In this document: positions 61,713 to 64,000 of the stretch, piece by piece
Layout: each line of letters opens with the position of its first letter
Position numbering within the stretch: the stretch's first letter is position 1
Assembly (NCBI RefSeq): GCF_964213995.1
Contig: NC_135824.1
Span: 52,576,001 to 52,640,000 of the forward strand
Origin: Mustelus asterias
Lineage: Eukaryota
Direction: 5' to 3'
DNA length: 64,000 nucleotides
Notes under the pieces: model-generated
Seen by the model: only the letters and a program-made list of their open reading frames with translations
Told to the model about the DNA's origin: nothing
Databases searched by the model: none
Position numbers and translations under genes: made by a program

Positions 61713-63881
61713 ATGAACCTAACGACTGGCGGCCACCAGGTTTTATATATCCTCCCCCAACCCCTCTCCAGAACCATGTGGACCACTTGGAGGATGATCC
61801 TCGCGGCGACCTTCCTGACGAGTGTGGCACCCGAAGAACACCCCATCTACCCGCGATTCCACGGGGTAGCCTTCAACACATCCGAGGCACTATGTGTGCC
61901 AGCTGGACCGGACCCTATGAACAGTAGAACTTATCTTAACGCATGGCTACAAGTTTACCCGGGTATCAACGAGATCTGCTTCACTTGCACTTTAGAAGGA
62001 CTCCGAACATGCATTCAACAGCGGGACCTCCAGAACAGAGACCAGTGCGTTTTTGGGACTCTCTGCGCCCTCCCCGACAACCCACAAGAGGCCCGACCAC
62101 AGGACACTTTGAATTCAAACATGGACATTTGCGGCTATTACGGACTTGTTGAGGCTCCCGCAGTCTCATTGTATGTATGTTTTGCACCGCTTCCAACGCG
62201 GGCCCCCACGACCACAAGGCCCGAAATCTTACCCTGTCCCTTGCAAAGCAGGGGACCGGAGGGAGGACTGGTGTTGTGGAACGAGGGGGAAATTGTGTAC
62301 GACAACGTAAAACATGAGGTGGTACCTGTCCTGATCGACATTTCAGGAATCCAGGTACCCAGGCATTGCTCAGAACAGGTACAGAACTTGTATCAGATGT
62401 TAGAGAGAGAGACCATAAAACGGGCCATTGACGCAATGGGGGCCACACACTACAGGGGAAACATAAACACCAACACGTACCGAAGCAAACGGGGTATTAT
62501 CAATGATATGCTCACAGGGCTGAATACAGGAGACACAATGATTAACTCCATTGACATCCAGGGCCTCAACAGTAAAATTGAACAGCTGAAAGGGGTAATG
62601 AAAAACATATTACAGCGGTCATTAGACCAGCAGGCGGAACAAGCATTCTTAGGGGAAGCGGGCGCCCATATCCAACTAGATGGGATTGCAGTGTTAGAAG
62701 CACATGCCCGAACTATCAATCGCCTCATAGACAGGGAAAGGGAAGACACTGCCCGGGTACAACAGGGACAGTTATGCCATGCATATGGTCAGTGGATGGT
62801 GGCACAAATACGACACAATTTGGACCAGGTACACAGGGGGGAAGTGCCCGATTGGATCGACAGCGCCCAACTAGCGCAACTCGCAGATCAGAAGGGGGTG
62901 CTGGATGACCGGACCCTGAAGGGGATGACACGAGTATATCCAGTAATCCCCGACTGCGAGGTTAGTGAGGGCACCGGGATAGGAATGGTTCTGCTAATTC
63001 CAACGGTCACACAGGACGCTGGACCATTCCCCATCTTCCGAATTGAAAATATTGGTGTTGTTAGGGGCAATGCTTCCCTCCGCTACCACATAACCGAAAA
63101 CATGGCCATCTCCAAACATGGCATAATGTCCAGTGTTTCTCTCGCAGGGTGCAAGCAGAGGGGAGAGGTCACCATCTGTCCTCACCCACTGAGACAAGGA
63201 GAGGCAGCAGAATGTGGGTTTAACCGAACACAGGACTGCACCTTAGAGATTATACCCGTAGACCCACATTTCGCCCGGGCAGGATACGGGGGGCGGGGTA
63301 GATACTGTGTAGCCACCACACGTACATCATTCACATATAACGGATTAACATGCCCAATCCCCAACCCTAACTTCTGTTTTACCCCTCGCAAGCCAGTCAC
63401 TATAGGTCAAGCTCACATCACCAATATTCGAAATAGGCAGACCATAGCCTTTAATGCCACAGACCCCCTAAAAGACAACCTAAGAGACTACCAAGAACCC
63501 GAGCAAGCCCCCATCCCACACCTGACCGAAGTCCTAAGGGAGCTCCGACTTAAAGTAGGACACTCCGTCCGATTATACCACCGGTTACAGTCACACATCA
63601 AAACCTTGGAACAAGATACCGAGACGGCGTTACGAAGTCAAACATGGGTACAGAAGGTGTGGGACTGGGGTCTAAATGTAAACATCCACCCCTGGGTCCG
63701 AATTACATCGCACACACTGGTGGTCATCCAACTCATCTTAGCCCTTTCCTGGGGATTGGCTACATGTTATACCTACCGCCAGCGGAAGAGAATGAAAGCA
63801 CATAAGAACTTAGTTAGAACAATTGGTATGATGGGGCAGGTAGCCAAGCGGGATGATTACTCCCGCCTACACATGATTTGA
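61713..63881 (+). CDS. env: Envelope glycoprotein, 722 aa (probable start 61713 or 61776)
   Basis: Signal-like MWTTWRMILAATFLTSVA; furin site RSKR (62481-62492); heptad repeats; C-terminal TM helix; splice acceptor CTTTGTCCTTACAG ending at 61589. Confidence 0.9.
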   Translation: MNLTTGGHQVLYILPQPLSRTMWTTWRMILAATFLTSVAPEEHPIYPRFHGVAFNTSEALCVPAGPDPMNSRTYLNAWLQVYPGINEICFTCTLEGLRTCIQQRDLQNRDQCVFGTLCALPDNPQEARPQDTLNSNMDICGYYGLVEAPAVSLYVCFAPLPTRAPTTTRPEILPCPLQSRGPEGGLVLWNEGEIVYDNVKHEVVPVLIDISGIQVPRHCSEQVQNLYQMLERETIKRAIDAMGATHYRGNINTNTYRSKRGIINDMLTGLNTGDTMINSIDIQGLNSKIEQLKGVMKNILQRSLDQQAEQAFLGEAGAHIQLDGIAVLEAHARTINRLIDREREDTARVQQGQLCHAYGQWMVAQIRHNLDQVHRGEVPDWIDSAQLAQLADQKGVLDDRTLKGMTRVYPVIPDCEVSEGTGIGMVLLIPTVTQDAGPFPIFRIENIGVVRGNASLRYHITENMAISKHGIMSSVSLAGCKQRGEVTICPHPLRQGEAAECGFNRTQDCTLEIIPVDPHFARAGYGGRGRYCVATTRTSFTYNGLTCPIPNPNFCFTPRKPVTIGQAHITNIRNRQTIAFNATDPLKDNLRDYQEPEQAPIPHLTEVLRELRLKVGHSVRLYHRLQSHIKTLEQDTETALRSQTWVQKVWDWGLNVNIHPWVRITSHTLVVIQLILALSWGLATCYTYRQRKRMKAHKNLVRTIGMMGQVAKRDDYSRLHMI

Positions 63882-64000
63882 CAAACTCCGGGACTCCCCT
63901 AAACTGTACGACTGCAGCGTACGGAGGCAGGAAGCACCGGACACAAAATATAATAAAGGGGAGAAAGATCGGTTAGAAAAGTGAAAAGGAAATAAACAAC

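Larger units (their letters stand above)
54781..64000 (+). mobile_element. Endogenous retrovirus with intact gag-pol-env and F-type envelope (lokiretrovirus-like); continues past the window end
   Basis: LTR, PBS, three long open ORFs with all retroviral domains. Confidence 0.93.

Noticed and set aside
1-64000. D, J or C segments, 12-RSSs, IgH or NAR-TCR V segments
   Set aside because: No 12-RSS, FGXG J motif, C domain or Ig-type V framework was seen

Overview
Vertebrate genomic DNA, most likely from a shark (inferred from V-SINE/HE1-type SINEs and CR1 LINEs). It covers part of a T-cell receptor variable-gene array, most consistent with TCR beta. There are 8 apparently intact V segments (leader exon, intron, V exon, 23-bp RSS): 6 on +, 2 inverted on -. 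Two decayed V pseudogenes are also present; no D, J or C segment is in the window. Six intact V segments end in YYCAWS and share a near-identical RSS, five of them with a perfect AP-1 site across the heptamer/spacer junction. CTCF-like motifs recur between the V segments. Intergenic DNA is dense in SINEs and CR1 fragments and includes a solo LTR inside a SINE, a Penelope-type hammerhead palindrome and a tRNA-Asp gene split by a CR1 insertion. The last ~9 kb is an apparently young, intact endogenous retrovirus: 5' LTR, tRNA-Pro PBS, gag-UGA-pol in one frame, and env; the 3' LTR is outside the window. Its Env looks like a paramyxovirus-F-type fusogen (lokiretrovirus-like) rather than a gamma-type Env. 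There are two assembly gaps. All calls come from reading the sequence; no database searches were run, and repeat boundaries are approximate.
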